DNA of 64,000 nucleotides from an uncultured Saprospiraceae bacterium (GCA_964523725.1 CAZGAU010000005.1:609-64608); one strand, 5' to 3'; counted from the first letter of the stretch, positions 48,763 to 59,771 are shown. Notes: generated by a model from the sequence alone, not told the origin. Made by a program: numbers and translations.

Positions 48763-49635
48763 ATGCGCGAAGCCCGGTTCAATAAAATATTCCTGATCGT
48801 ACAAATTGCTACGGCAACTGTATTTTTGGGCAGAGCCTGGCAACATTGGTTTTGGGAAGCACCTTACCGAACTTTATTGTGGGATGAAAACTGGATGCGA
48901 CCGTTGATTGAAGGCATATTTGGCACCTCTTGGGATATCTACGTGACCACTTCGGATGCTAAGATTCAAATATTCATCAAAATAATCAGCGGATTATACT
49001 TGATTTGCGCTTTGGCTGCGATTTTTATTCACCGATGGAAAAAAATTGCGATCGTACTCCTTACACTCGGCGGTTTTAGCCTGATTTTTTTAGCAGCTTT
49101 GTACTGCAAAGAGAAATTTTTTCATCTCGGTCAGTTCCTGGAATATTCTTTACAGTGGAGTAGCCCGTTTTTTCTGATTTGGTTGTACAAAAGTCAGGAA
49201 ATTACGCCAAAGATGATTCTTGGAATGAAAATTGCTGTTGCGCTCACCTTTATTTGTCACGGACTATATGCGGTGGGATATTACCCGCGTCCCGCCGGGT
49301 TTATGGAAATGACGATGAATATTTTACCTATAACCGAGGCTGGGGCGGTTCGTTTTTTACAAATTGCGGGTGTACTTGATTTCGTAGCCAGTGTTCTTAT
49401 TTTTCTGCCGGGTAGAATAGGAATAGGAGTAGTAGCGATCGGTTATTGCCTGGTCTGGGGTTTTTTCACCACCACTGCCCGTATCTGGGCACATTTCTAC
49501 CCCGAATTTTTAGAAAACCTGCTGATGCAATGGGTGCACGAAAGCGTTTACCGCTTCCCACATTTTTTGATCCCGCTGGCGATTTTACTTTGGCAAATAG
49601 CCTTAAATCGCAAGGACTTCCGCCAGACGCAGTAG
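48763..49635 (+). CDS. hypothetical multi-pass membrane protein
   Basis: 290 aa with about 7 hydrophobic helices. The 3' end overlaps the convergent pfkA by 33 nt. Confidence 0.5.
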   Translation: MREARFNKIFLIVQIATATVFLGRAWQHWFWEAPYRTLLWDENWMRPLIEGIFGTSWDIYVTTSDAKIQIFIKIISGLYLICALAAIFIHRWKKIAIVLLTLGGFSLIFLAALYCKEKFFHLGQFLEYSLQWSSPFFLIWLYKSQEITPKMILGMKIAVALTFICHGLYAVGYYPRPAGFMEMTMNILPITEAGAVRFLQIAGVLDFVASVLIFLPGRIGIGVVAIGYCLVWGFFTTTARIWAHFYPEFLENLLMQWVHESVYRFPHFLIPLAILLWQIALNRKDFRQTQ

Positions 49636-50586
49636 GTCTTCGTTCAATTCTTTAGGTTTGCTGATTGTATCCTCCAGTGGGGTGTAGCTAATTTTATCAT
49701 TGATGATACCTGCCATTACATTTTTTTGTCCTTTGAGCAAGCCTTCAACTGCGGCAAAACCCAGCCGGCTGGCCAGCACTCGGTCAATAGCCGTAGGGGC
49801 GCCACCTCTTTGCAGGTGGCCTATAATCGTCACTTTCGTATCATAATAGCTAAAGCGCTCCTTCACCATATCGGCAACCTGATTGGCATTGCCCAGTTTA
49901 TTACCTTCAGCCACGATTACCAGGCTAAACAGTTTTTGTCGTTTGGCGCCTTTTTTCAGCGTTTCAATCAATGATTCAATCGAAGTTTCCGTTTCCGGGA
50001 TCAGTACACTTTCAGCGCCGCTCCCAATGCCTGTATTCAGTGCAATAAAACCGGCGTGACGCCCCATGACCTCCACAAAAAACAGTCGATTGTGCGAATC
50101 GGCGGTATCCCGAATTTTATCAACTGCTTCAATCGCCGTGTTTACAGCGGTATCAAAGCCGATGGTGAAATCAGTGCCATATAAATCATTATCAATTGTG
50201 CCCGGGACACCAATGAAAGGAATATCGTATTCTTTGGAAAAAATATTTGCACCTGTGAATGTACCATCTCCCCCAATCGCAATGCAGGCGTCAATATCAT
50301 ACGCTAGCAGCGACTCATAAGCTGAACGCCGACCCTCAGGAGAGCGAAAGCGTTCACTCCGGGCGGTGCGCAGGATGGTACCTCCTCGATGGATAATATT
50401 GCCCACATCCCGCGGTTCCAATCGCTTCAGGTTACCGTCGATCATACCTTCATACCCGCGCTGGATACCGTACACGTGTAAGTTATTGAATGAAGCAGTA
50501 CGTACCACCGCCCGAATGGCAGCATTCATTCCCGGGGCATCACCGCCAGACGTAAAAACGGCTACACGTTTGATTTCTTTGCTCAT
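49603..50586 (-). CDS. pfkA: ATP-dependent 6-phosphofructokinase
   Basis: TSGGDAPGMNAAIRAVV, GGDGT, PGTIDND and MGRHAG motifs. Confidence 0.93.
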   Translation of the reverse strand: MSKEIKRVAVFTSGGDAPGMNAAIRAVVRTASFNNLHVYGIQRGYEGMIDGNLKRLEPRDVGNIIHRGGTILRTARSERFRSPEGRRSAYESLLAYDIDACIAIGGDGTFTGANIFSKEYDIPFIGVPGTIDNDLYGTDFTIGFDTAVNTAIEAVDKIRDTADSHNRLFFVEVMGRHAGFIALNTGIGSGAESVLIPETETSIESLIETLKKGAKRQKLFSLVIVAEGNKLGNANQVADMVKERFSYYDTKVTIIGHLQRGGAPTAIDRVLASRLGFAAVEGLLKGQKNVMAGIINDKISYTPLEDTISKPKELNEDLLRLAEVLAI

Positions 50587-50595
50587 ACCTAGTAC

Positions 50596-51456
50596 TTAAT
50601 TTACCAAAGAGGACGATGTGTGAAAGTGCGCTAAGTTGTCAATTGGTTTTTGTATAAAACTTCCACATTGCATGGCGCGTTCTTCCAGAACTACTTTAAT
50701 GAAATCCTGGAAATGATAGGCGACCGATCCTATAAAATGCACCGGCAAAGATATATGATTTTTGTATTTGCGGACATGCCGGTCAATAAACTCTTCAAAA
50801 GAGGCGTATAATAGTTTTTGAATAAAAATATGATCTCTGTGTGCCGCAAAAAAAGGTACAAACGAAGCGAGATATACATTAGGTGTTTTCTCTCCATATA
50901 CTTTATCCAGAATTTCTGATTTGCCGCCAGGATAGGCAATGTCAAATTGTTCCAATAAATCATGTGGCAACTCCCGGTAAAAATATGCCCGAACCAGTTT
51001 TTTCCCCAGGAAAGTGCCACTGCCCTCATCGCCGAGCATGAAACCCAGATTAGTAATATTGTCAATCACTTCTTCTCCGTCGTACAGACAGGAATTAGAG
51101 CCCGTACCCAAAATACAGGTAATTCCGGCATCCCGGGCACATGCAGCTCGGGCAGCGCCGAGTAGATCGTGCTCCACTCGAATATCGGCATTAATGAAAA
51201 TACGACTTAAAGCGTTAGAGATAACACTTTTTCGTTTAACATCCCAACCGCCGGCGCAGTAAAAAAATATTTGCTGCACTTGATCCAGAAAGGATTTATT
51301 TTCAAATGCCTTGTTTACTTCCGTGTAAATCAGCTCTTCAGCATGAAAAACGGGATTGAAGCCCATGGTACTGAGGCTGAAGTTGGTCTGGTCGCCAATA
51401 ATGCGCCAGTCAGCTTTGGATGAACCACTATCTACTACGATAATCATAAGCGTCAC
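50596..51456 (-). CDS. BadF/BadG/BcrA/BcrD-type ATPase (N-acetylglucosamine kinase-like)
   Basis: DSGSSKADW phosphate-1 and ILGTGSN phosphate-2 motifs of the ASKHA fold. Confidence 0.75.
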   Translation of the reverse strand: MTLMIIVVDSGSSKADWRIIGDQTNFSLSTMGFNPVFHAEELIYTEVNKAFENKSFLDQVQQIFFYCAGGWDVKRKSVISNALSRIFINADIRVEHDLLGAARAACARDAGITCILGTGSNSCLYDGEEVIDNITNLGFMLGDEGSGTFLGKKLVRAYFYRELPHDLLEQFDIAYPGGKSEILDKVYGEKTPNVYLASFVPFFAAHRDHIFIQKLLYASFEEFIDRHVRKYKNHISLPVHFIGSVAYHFQDFIKVVLEERAMQCGSFIQKPIDNLAHFHTSSSLVN

Positions 51457-51645
51457 AAATTGGAATCATAAAGGTAGTGTAATTTTTACACTAAGTTTCT
51501 ACATCGGGGTCAAAAATACAGACTTCTTTGGTGGTAAAAAAGCTTTGCTCTTCACATTTTACTCACGCCTAACTTTTTGTTTTAAAAATATTGTTTTTTA
51601 AAAATAATTGTTTTAAATTTACCGCTGTATTTCTAACAAAAAGTT

Positions 51646-52503
51646 TTGATTATGCAAGCTGGAACCTTATATACGCAACAAAGTTATGCCTCAGCCTATC
51701 GCATGAGTCGCAAATCCGGAGTGGTGCAGCGCTATTGGTTTCAATCCTTGATTTTCGGGCTGGCAGTGTATGTGCTTTTCAGCAAGGATGTGAGTATCGA
51801 ATTTGGATTAAGCACAGGTGGGTTGCTTTTAGCAGATGCTAGTACCATCTCAACTCAACCTGCTCCGGAACAAAGTGCGGTGGCTCTGCCAACTGCTTTC
51901 CAGGAAGAAAAACCGACAAATGTTTCTACGCATACGCATCAAAAACTGAAAAAAAATGAAGTTCCGGTTGCTAATACGATGGCAAATCTGACGCCAATTC
52001 TGAGCCCTACCTATGCGCGACGCAAAGGGATTCCCCAAGCGGTGGTGGATCAAAAACTGGCGGTTTGTAAGTCTTACATCCAGCGTTATGCGCAGATAGC
52101 TCTCCAAGAAATGGAGCAATTCGGCATTCCGGCGAGTATCACTTTGGCACAGGGTTTGCTGGAGTCAAATGCCGGGGAAAGCCGCCTGGCGATGGAATCG
52201 AATAATCATTTTGGCATCAAATGCCGCTCCAAGTGCCGGGGCTGTACCTGTCGCAATTATTCAGACGACGATATTTATGATATGTTTCGGGTATTTGATT
52301 CTGCCTGGGAAAGTTATCGCGAACACTCGGAATTGCTGAATGGTGGGCGTTACAAGCACTTGAAGAAATACGGAAACGACTACAAAAGCTGGGCGCATGG
52401 CTTGAAAAAGGCAGGCTATGCCACCGACAAGCGCTACGCTGAAAAATTAATTCAAATCATCGAATTCCTAAATCTGGATCGCTACGATCGGGTAAATGTT
52501 TAA
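51646..52503 (+). CDS. glucosaminidase (mannosyl-glycoprotein endo-beta-N-acetylglucosaminidase) domain protein
   Basis: IPASITLAQGLLESNAGESRLAMESNNHFGIKC and YATDKRYAEKL motifs. Confidence 0.85.
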   Translation: MIMQAGTLYTQQSYASAYRMSRKSGVVQRYWFQSLIFGLAVYVLFSKDVSIEFGLSTGGLLLADASTISTQPAPEQSAVALPTAFQEEKPTNVSTHTHQKLKKNEVPVANTMANLTPILSPTYARRKGIPQAVVDQKLAVCKSYIQRYAQIALQEMEQFGIPASITLAQGLLESNAGESRLAMESNNHFGIKCRSKCRGCTCRNYSDDDIYDMFRVFDSAWESYREHSELLNGGRYKHLKKYGNDYKSWAHGLKKAGYATDKRYAEKLIQIIEFLNLDRYDRVNV

Positions 52504-52706
52504 AAATATAAATTGTTGGAGTATGGAATAATAGGTAAATGATTACAATGTGCCAGAACTCCATGACTACAAAAAATAGCATTTGTGATAGTTCTTCGTC
52601 CGGGGTTGCAGCGCAGCTTCGGATTTTTTTATTTAGTATTGGTACTCAGTCAAGTTTTGCAAATCTTTTGTAATTTTCCCCTCTTGCAAAATAAACATTG
52701 TAAAGC

Positions 52707-53258
52707 ATGCTGAAACAACTCGAAAAGCTTGCAGATTGGATCGATTGGTTCAATGAAAGAGTGGGGCGTGGCGTCGCCTGGCTGAATACGTTGCTCGTGT
52801 TGCTGGTTTGTTTTGAAGTAGCGCTCAGTGTATTTGATAAATCCGCGAACTGGCTGACCGAGTTGGAATGGCACATTTTTGCACTGATTTTCTTGCTGGG
52901 GGCGGGTTATGCCTTTAAGCATGACCGCCACGTGCGGGTGGATTTGTTTTATGCAAAATTCGCACCCAAAGATAAAGCACTGACCGATTTGCTTGGAAAT
53001 ATTCTTTTCCTGATCCCCTGGTGCATCATCGTTGGTTATTTTTCTTTTTTCTATGCCTGGGAATCTTTCAGGATCAATGAAGGTTCGCCTGATCCGGGTG
53101 GCTTGCCGGCAAGATATATTATTAAGTTTTCTATTGTAATTGGCATGATCCTCTTGCTTTTACAGGCAATTTCGAGCACGATCCGCGCATTGTTGGTCTA
53201 TACCGGTCAAACGCCTCCCGAATCTTTACACCCCGACGAATTTCAGGAAACTTTATAA
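52707..53258 (+). CDS. dctQ: TRAP transporter small permease subunit
   Basis: 183-aa 4-TM protein directly upstream of the large permease. Confidence 0.75.
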   Translation: MLKQLEKLADWIDWFNERVGRGVAWLNTLLVLLVCFEVALSVFDKSANWLTELEWHIFALIFLLGAGYAFKHDRHVRVDLFYAKFAPKDKALTDLLGNILFLIPWCIIVGYFSFFYAWESFRINEGSPDPGGLPARYIIKFSIVIGMILLLLQAISSTIRALLVYTGQTPPESLHPDEFQETL

Positions 53259-53277
53259 AAACACCTAAGCCCAGTCC

Positions 53278-54582
53278 ATGGAAATCATCGCTATTATCCT
53301 GTTTATCAGTATTTTCGTGCTTATTTTATACGGCTATCCAGTGGCGTTTACGTTGGGAGGGCTCTCCATTATATATGCACTTTGCTTTCTTGATCCGGTG
53401 ACTTTCAACGCACTGCCTTTGCGCATTATGGGGGTGATGACCAATTACGTGCTGATCGCGGTTCCACTGTTTATTTACATGGGCATCATGCTGGAACGGT
53501 CGGGGCTCGCCGAAAGTTTATTGGAGACAATGGCGATTCTCTTCGGACAAATGCGCGGCGGATTGGCCATTTCGGTGGTGCTGGTCGGCGCTTTGCTTGC
53601 GGCTTCCACAGGAATCGTGGGCGCTACCGTTGTGACGATGGGATTAATCAGTTTACCAACGATGCTCAAGCGCGGTTACCAACCTGAATTGGCAACCAGT
53701 TCTATCGCAGCTGCAGGTACACTAGGGCAGATCATTCCTCCGTCGATTGTGCTGGTGTTACTGGGCAGCGTACTGAATCAACCCGTTGGCGCCTTATTCA
53801 AAGCCGCATTTATTCCCGGATTCCTAATGGTTGCCGTGTATGTGCTTTACATTGTTATTATTTCTATATTAAAACCCAACTACGCGCCAGCTATGCCGCC
53901 TGAGGAGATTGAGGCTTTTAAAGAAAAAGGCTTTGTCTTGAGGTTGATCCGGGCATTTATTATGCCTTTAATCCTAATTATTGCGGTGCTGGGCTCGATC
54001 TTTGCCGGCTGGGCAACGCCTACACAGGCCGCTGCGGTAGGAGCGCTGGGCGCAACTTTGCTCACGATTGTGCAAAGAAAATTCAACATGGAGACGCTAA
54101 ATAAAGTCATGCGCGAAACGACGCATCTTACCTGCATGGTGTTTGTGATCTTGCTGGGTGCTACCACTTTTTCTTTTGTTTTTCGGGAAATGAACGGCGA
54201 CATTTATCTGGCGGATTTAGTTCGAAATGCGAATCTGACACCCGCGATGTTCCTGCTGGTGGTCATGGTGGTGGTATTTATAGCCGGATTTTTCATCGAT
54301 TTCATTGAGATTGTTTTTATCATCGTGCCGGTAGTGGCGCCGATTTTTCAGCAAATGGGCGTTGATTTAGTCTGGATAGGTATTTTGATTGCCATTAACT
54401 TGCAAACCAGTTTCCTGACGCCGCCTTTCGGCTTTTCGTTGTTCTATTTAAAAGGCGTGGCGCCGCCAACGATTACTACACAACATCTTTATCGTGGCAT
54501 TGTGCCTTTTGTGATTATTCAATTATTATTTTTGTTGCTGATTGCTTTGTTTCCGGGCATTGCAATGGGTTTTGTAAAATAA
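53278..54582 (+). CDS. dctM: TRAP transporter large permease subunit
   Basis: 434-aa polytopic protein with a DctM-like composition and length. Confidence 0.85.
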   Translation: MEIIAIILFISIFVLILYGYPVAFTLGGLSIIYALCFLDPVTFNALPLRIMGVMTNYVLIAVPLFIYMGIMLERSGLAESLLETMAILFGQMRGGLAISVVLVGALLAASTGIVGATVVTMGLISLPTMLKRGYQPELATSSIAAAGTLGQIIPPSIVLVLLGSVLNQPVGALFKAAFIPGFLMVAVYVLYIVIISILKPNYAPAMPPEEIEAFKEKGFVLRLIRAFIMPLILIIAVLGSIFAGWATPTQAAAVGALGATLLTIVQRKFNMETLNKVMRETTHLTCMVFVILLGATTFSFVFREMNGDIYLADLVRNANLTPAMFLLVVMVVVFIAGFFIDFIEIVFIIVPVVAPIFQQMGVDLVWIGILIAINLQTSFLTPPFGFSLFYLKGVAPPTITTQHLYRGIVPFVIIQLLFLLLIALFPGIAMGFVK

Positions 54583-54584
54583 TT

Positions 54585-55109
54585 TCAAAATCGTTTGCCG
54601 ATTCCGATCGCAAAAGTCCAGGTATCATTGGCTTCAAAGCGTGTATCGTAAAACACCGTAGGCGAGAGGTCCCAGTGATGGTGGAGTTCAATTTCATATT
54701 CAACGCCGGCACGTATTAGAAAAAAACTTTCATTTGACTCAATTTCGTAACCCGGCCCGACGCCAAAAACGAGTCCATTTGGCAGTTTATAAAGCGCATC
54801 CAGCGTCAATACCAGTGGAAATTCTCGTTCCAGTACTTCATCACCATCTTTTTCAATCAAAAATGACTGGATTTCTATGTCGTTATGCAAACCAATGGCA
54901 ATTCGCTCGTTGAACCAATATTCTACATCCAAACCCCAGGAAGGAATCACCATGCGTGCTTGCGCGGAAACAGAAGTCGGGATAAAGGTATGTCCGATCA
55001 ACCCGGCAATTCTGAAATGGGGAAAGCTCTTTTCAGCAGAATCGTGGTTTTGTCCAAATGCGCTGATAATCAAGTGAATAGCTGCAAGGGTAAATATGTA
55101 CTTTTTCAT
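54585..55109 (-). CDS. secreted hypothetical protein, possibly a small beta-barrel
   Basis: Start placed at the internal ATG (MKKYIFTLAAIHLIISAFGQ signal peptide). Alternating beta-like pattern; the C-terminal residue is F. Confidence 0.5.
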   Translation of the reverse strand: MKKYIFTLAAIHLIISAFGQNHDSAEKSFPHFRIAGLIGHTFIPTSVSAQARMVIPSWGLDVEYWFNERIAIGLHNDIEIQSFLIEKDGDEVLEREFPLVLTLDALYKLPNGLVFGVGPGYEIESNESFFLIRAGVEYEIELHHHWDLSPTVFYDTRFEANDTWTFAIGIGKRF

Positions 55110-55186
55110 GACGCGACTTTTGATTGCAAAATTATGCTGCAACCCGAAGTCGCTTTGTAACCTTTGTAACAGAACAGAAAATTTTT

Positions 55187-56299
55187 TCAAATTTCCAGGC
55201 TGTTGTAAAATTGTTTCTCCGAAATCTTGGCCCAGTTGGTCGCCTTTTTGCGGAAGCTATCATAGGATTCGTACACGCGTTTGGTGAACGCATCTTTCGC
55301 GGTCATTTCGCCGATCACCTGATTGGTATAAATGCGCAATTGATCCAGTACTTCCTGCGGGAAGGTGCGAATATCCACGCCTTCAGCCAAGAGTTTGGTG
55401 AGCGTTTCACTGTTTTTGGCTTCCATTTGTGCAAACATCCAGACGTGGCTGTGCATGGCTGCGGAGCGCAGAATAGCTTGTAAATCAGCCGGTAAGCTAT
55501 CAAATTGTTTTTTATTAAAAATAAACTCCAGCGCAGTGCCGGGTTCGTGCCAGCCGGGAGTGTAATAATATTTGGCAATATCCTGGAAGCCCATCAAATA
55601 ATCATGGAAAGGGCTCAGCCATTCGCTCGCATCGATCACGCCAAGTTCCAGGCTCGTATAAATTTCGCCGCCGGCCAGTAAAACAGGGGAGCCGCCGGCT
55701 TTGGCCAGGACGTCTCCACCCAGCCCCGGGATACGCATTTTCAGACCTCGCAAATCCGCAATCGAATTGATTTCCCGGTTGAACCAGCCGCCCATTTGCA
55801 CGCCGGTGTTGCCGCCAACCATCGGAATCAGACCAAAATCGCGATACAATTCTTCCCACAGTTGCAAGCCGCCACCCGCCACGATCCAGGAAGTCACTTG
55901 CTGCGCATTCATCCCGAAAGGCACCGAAGCAAAAAACTGCGCCGCCGGGCTCTTCCCCGCCCAGTAGTAAGCTGCGCCATTGCCCACTTCTGCCGTGCCG
56001 CTCGCCACTGCATCAAAAGTTTCCAAGGCTGGAACCAGCTCGCCGCCGCCGAAAACGCGGATTTCCATGCGTCCGCCGGACATTTCTTTTACTTTGTCGG
56101 CAAATAACTGGCAAGCCTCTCCAATCACCGGAAATCCCGGGGGCCAGGTGGTCACCATCTTCCATCGGTACTTTTTATCGCTGATAATGTTCGCCGAACT
56201 GTTATTCTGAGCAATGCTATTGCCAGTCAAAGCCCGGATGATCACAGGTGCGGAGATCGTGCCAATTGCCAGTCCCTTAAAGAAATCTTTGCGCTTCAT
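55187..56299 (-). CDS. dctP: TRAP transporter substrate-binding protein (DctP family) with a Tat-like signal
   Basis: MKRKDFFKGLAIGT... leader, 370 aa, DctP-like. Confidence 0.8.
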   Translation of the reverse strand: MKRKDFFKGLAIGTISAPVIIRALTGNSIAQNNSSANIISDKKYRWKMVTTWPPGFPVIGEACQLFADKVKEMSGGRMEIRVFGGGELVPALETFDAVASGTAEVGNGAAYYWAGKSPAAQFFASVPFGMNAQQVTSWIVAGGGLQLWEELYRDFGLIPMVGGNTGVQMGGWFNREINSIADLRGLKMRIPGLGGDVLAKAGGSPVLLAGGEIYTSLELGVIDASEWLSPFHDYLMGFQDIAKYYYTPGWHEPGTALEFIFNKKQFDSLPADLQAILRSAAMHSHVWMFAQMEAKNSETLTKLLAEGVDIRTFPQEVLDQLRIYTNQVIGEMTAKDAFTKRVYESYDSFRKKATNWAKISEKQFYNSLEI

Positions 56300-56435
56300 G
56301 ATGTTGGTTTACAGTGTAACGGTTTAACGGTGTTGCGGAGCAAAATAAATAAAAATTCGGTGAATTCACATTGAACTTGCTTTTGAAAACTTTTTGTTTT
56401 AAATTTGATTCGAATTTAAACATTAAACAAAGAAC

Positions 56436-57500
56436 TTGAAACAAAAAGAGCCATATTTGCGGGGTAGGGGCGCGCAGATCAACACGCCCAATAAATACCA
56501 TAATCTTGAGTATGATAAGGAGCCAATTCCTTATGAAGAGTGGGAAGAAGGTGCTCAAATAAAAACCGATTACATTGAGGTGTACCCCAAAACTATGCTC
56601 AACAAGGTGGACAGCCCCGACATCGGGATGGGCTACTCGCTCAATCCTTATCAAGGGTGTGAACACGGCTGCATTTATTGCTATGCCCGCAATACCCACA
56701 CCTATTGGGGTTACAGCGCCGGTCTGGAATTTGAATCAAAAATTCTGGTGAAAAAAGACGCCCCGAAAATCCTGGAAAATACCATCAAAAAACCGTCCTG
56801 GCAAGCCGTGCCGATTATGCTCGCCGGCAACACCGATTGTTATCAGCCCGCAGAACGGAAGTTTAAGATAACCCGCCAAATCCTGGAAGTGCTCTGGAAA
56901 TACCGGCATCCGGTGGGGCTTATTACTAAAAATAGCTTGATCCTGAGAGATTTAGACTTGCTAAAACAATTGAATGCCTTCGATTTGGTGCATGTGGCGA
57001 TTTCAGTCACTACCTTAGATGAAGAGCTACGGCAACTGCTGGAGCCGCGGACTGCTTCGGTGCAAAGCCGTTTAAAAACGATTCAAAAACTGGCTGAACA
57101 CCACATCCCGGTCAATGTGATGCTGGCGCCGATTATCCCAGGATTGAACGATCATGAAATTCTGAGCATGGCAGAAAAAGTTGCTGAAATGGGCGCTACT
57201 TCTATCGGCTCCACGGTGGTACGTTTGAACGGTGACATTGCCGAGATTTTTGAAGACTGGATCAGAAAAACCATGCCCGACCGCGCCGACCGCGTGCTCA
57301 ATCGCATCCGGGACTGCCACGGTGGCAAACTTAATGACAGTCGTTTTGGTACCCGTATGCGCGGCGAGGGCAATATCGCCGAGATCATCCAGCAGCAGAT
57401 CGCGCTGGCTAAAAACCTGTATTTCAAGGATAAAGTGAAACGCCCTTACAATTTAACTTTACATGAACAATATAAAAACGGGCAGTTGAAATTGTTTTAA
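56436..57500 (+). CDS. radical SAM protein (PA0069-like family)
   Basis: RGRGAQINTPNKY N-terminus and the CEHGCIYCYA CxxxCxxC cluster. TTG start. Confidence 0.8.
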   Translation: MKQKEPYLRGRGAQINTPNKYHNLEYDKEPIPYEEWEEGAQIKTDYIEVYPKTMLNKVDSPDIGMGYSLNPYQGCEHGCIYCYARNTHTYWGYSAGLEFESKILVKKDAPKILENTIKKPSWQAVPIMLAGNTDCYQPAERKFKITRQILEVLWKYRHPVGLITKNSLILRDLDLLKQLNAFDLVHVAISVTTLDEELRQLLEPRTASVQSRLKTIQKLAEHHIPVNVMLAPIIPGLNDHEILSMAEKVAEMGATSIGSTVVRLNGDIAEIFEDWIRKTMPDRADRVLNRIRDCHGGKLNDSRFGTRMRGEGNIAEIIQQQIALAKNLYFKDKVKRPYNLTLHEQYKNGQLKLF

Positions 57501-57504
57501 GCTT

Positions 57505-59244
57505 TTACTTCAATTGAAATGCCTTAAAATTAAATCCACCATGCAATGCTTTGATTCGAATTACATTATTACCTTTTTTTAAGCGAATTCCTTTGATTTC
57601 CAAGTCTTTCCATGTTTCCATTCCATTGGAGTTTGGAATGGAAACTGCTTGTTTTATAGAAATACCATTTACTGAAATTTCCAACTGACCATTTGCGTGG
57701 TCGGCGGCAACCATAAGCACCAGTGTGAATTTTCCCTTGCGGCTCGCTTCCACCGTATATTGCAACCATTCCCCCGATTGAAAGTGTGAAACGTAGTAAT
57801 CACCGGGGATTCCAGTGATATCTACGCCATCGTTGCGATAAACATGCCCCTGATTTCCTGAGGTGCGCGCGCCGCCCGTAGAGATGTAATAATTCCCGGT
57901 ATCGCGGTCTGCGTAAGCAAAACCATTTCTGCCTAAATCATAATCGACAGCCCGGATTGTAATATTGTCTTTTAAAACATGATATTTAAAAGCTTTGGTC
58001 GCGTCGGTTTGCACTTGGCGGAACATGGCATCGATCACGTCTTTATGTATGATACAATTCTCTAATTTTAAATTTTCGGTGAGTTCCATTAAGCCCTGGT
58101 AGGCTTCTTCGGGCGAAGGTTTGGGGCCTTTTTTGCCCCAGTAATCCAGAATTTTCTGATAATTTGCGGGCACTTTTACTTCCAGCGGATTGTTAAACCC
58201 AAGTTTTTTCAAAGGCCACCAGGCCCAGCCAATGCCATTACTCTCCACCAAATGAATCGCGTCGCGGAACCAAACATTGGAGTTTTCGCCCGATTCGCCC
58301 AGCCAGATTGGCGCGTTTTGCGCTTCCCGAATGTCAAGATATTTTTGAATGTCTTCCTGAAGATTGAAATTCCAGTACTTATGAAAACTAATTACCATGT
58401 TATCATCCCATAATGGAAAAATTCCATTGTAATTATTACCCCAGCAATTGCCTTCTACAATGATAATGTGCCGCTTGTCCACTTCCCGGATGGCTTTTGT
58501 AATATCCATCATTAAATTTTTAAGCGGTTTATTTAGTTGTTCATTACATCCATTACGGTCTTCCGGGCTTTCGAAGCCCCAGTTGGGTTCGTTGATGATA
58601 TCATAAGCGCCAAGCCAGGGTTCATCGGCGTAACGCTCGGCAAGCTTGCGCCAGAGTGCAATTGTCTTTTGTTGATTGGCCTCGCTTTCCCAGAGCGAAG
58701 GCTTATCTGGATCGCGATCAGAGATATTCAAATCATTACCCTGTCCGCCCGGCGCCGCGTGCAAATCCAGGATCAGATACATATTATTGGTTTTACACCA
58801 TTGTAATAAGCTGTCTGTCAGTTCAAAACCTGCTTCCAGCCAGGTTTGCTCACCGGGAATGGGTTCTTCTTCAGCGGGCAGCGTAAACAGATTGTAATGC
58901 ATGGCCAATCGCACGGAATTGAAACCCCAGGCAGCCATCGAATCAATGTCAATACGGCGGGTATGATTGGCCAACCAGGCCTTGTAAAATTCAGTCGTTT
59001 TTTCCGTTCCAACTAAATATTCAATATTTTCTTTAACCACATGTTGCTGTTGTCCAATGCCTTGTACGCGCAGCATGTAGCCTTCCTGCAACATCCAGCC
59101 GCCCAGCCCCATGCCCCGCAGGAGCACCGCTTTTCCTTCTTCATTCACAATTTGTTGACCTTCCACACGGAGAAATCCTTGTGCATACACACCTGAAGAT
59201 AAGATTATTGTCAAGAGCAAGGTGACTGAAGATAGTGGGTTCAT
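57505..59244 (-). CDS. glycoside hydrolase family 5 enzyme with a C-terminal CBM6-like module
   Basis: Signal peptide; GH5 motifs (NSVRL, IINEPN acid/base, LGESG nucleophile region). The C-terminal ~130 aa beta module contains AVDYDLG...Y. Confidence 0.8.
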   Translation of the reverse strand: MNPLSSVTLLLTIILSSGVYAQGFLRVEGQQIVNEEGKAVLLRGMGLGGWMLQEGYMLRVQGIGQQQHVVKENIEYLVGTEKTTEFYKAWLANHTRRIDIDSMAAWGFNSVRLAMHYNLFTLPAEEEPIPGEQTWLEAGFELTDSLLQWCKTNNMYLILDLHAAPGGQGNDLNISDRDPDKPSLWESEANQQKTIALWRKLAERYADEPWLGAYDIINEPNWGFESPEDRNGCNEQLNKPLKNLMMDITKAIREVDKRHIIIVEGNCWGNNYNGIFPLWDDNMVISFHKYWNFNLQEDIQKYLDIREAQNAPIWLGESGENSNVWFRDAIHLVESNGIGWAWWPLKKLGFNNPLEVKVPANYQKILDYWGKKGPKPSPEEAYQGLMELTENLKLENCIIHKDVIDAMFRQVQTDATKAFKYHVLKDNITIRAVDYDLGRNGFAYADRDTGNYYISTGGARTSGNQGHVYRNDGVDITGIPGDYYVSHFQSGEWLQYTVEASRKGKFTLVLMVAADHANGQLEISVNGISIKQAVSIPNSNGMETWKDLEIKGIRLKKGNNVIRIKALHGGFNFKAFQLK

Positions 59245-59286
59245 AATGTTATTTGTTTGTTTAAAAACTATAATAAAAAGCTGAAT

Positions 59287-59745
59287 TTAGTAAATGGAAT
59301 CAATCACAATTTGCCGGTTGCTGAATGTGATTTTATCCCCTTTTTGCTTGTTATTCAGTGCTTTACCAATTGGAGCGGCTATTGAAATGGCATATAATGT
59401 CTGCCCATCAATTATTATTTTTCCGATGCCAACAGCAATAAAATAAATCCCCTGACTGGTGACCACCAAACTCCCCAAATCAGCCTTGTTGTTTTTCCGT
59501 TCCGGTTTAATCGTGGCTAGCAATTGCTTCGCCTCCAGCGCTTCGGACAGCTGTGCCTGGTTTTTGGCTTCTTCCATTTGCATCATGGCTCGCCCGGTTT
59601 CGTATTTATCTCCCACGCTACTTTTGGATTCGTTGTTTCGCGAATCTTCAATTCGCATTAGCGCGTCTTGAATGGTGTTTATTCTTTTAAAAATCAAAGC
59701 GTTACAGTGTTCTAAAGCGGCAATTTTCAGTTCGGTGAATTTCAT
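59287..59745 (-). CDS. conserved Bacteroidota protein, GreA/GreB C-terminal-like
   Basis: SSVGDKYETGRAMMQMEE motif. I recall this family being annotated as GreA/GreB-like, and sometimes mis-annotated as 3-oxoacyl-ACP synthase. Confidence 0.5.
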   Translation of the reverse strand: MKFTELKIAALEHCNALIFKRINTIQDALMRIEDSRNNESKSSVGDKYETGRAMMQMEEAKNQAQLSEALEAKQLLATIKPERKNNKADLGSLVVTSQGIYFIAVGIGKIIIDGQTLYAISIAAPIGKALNNKQKGDKITFSNRQIVIDSIY

Positions 59746-59771
59746 ACGGCAATTCCGGGGTTTGTTTTTAC

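Noticed and set aside
52707-56299. TRAP transporter with dctQM on the plus strand converging on dctP on the minus strand, with a small secreted protein gene between them.
   Set aside because: The layout is slightly unusual but all three components are intact and adjacent. Nothing suggests novelty beyond gene order.
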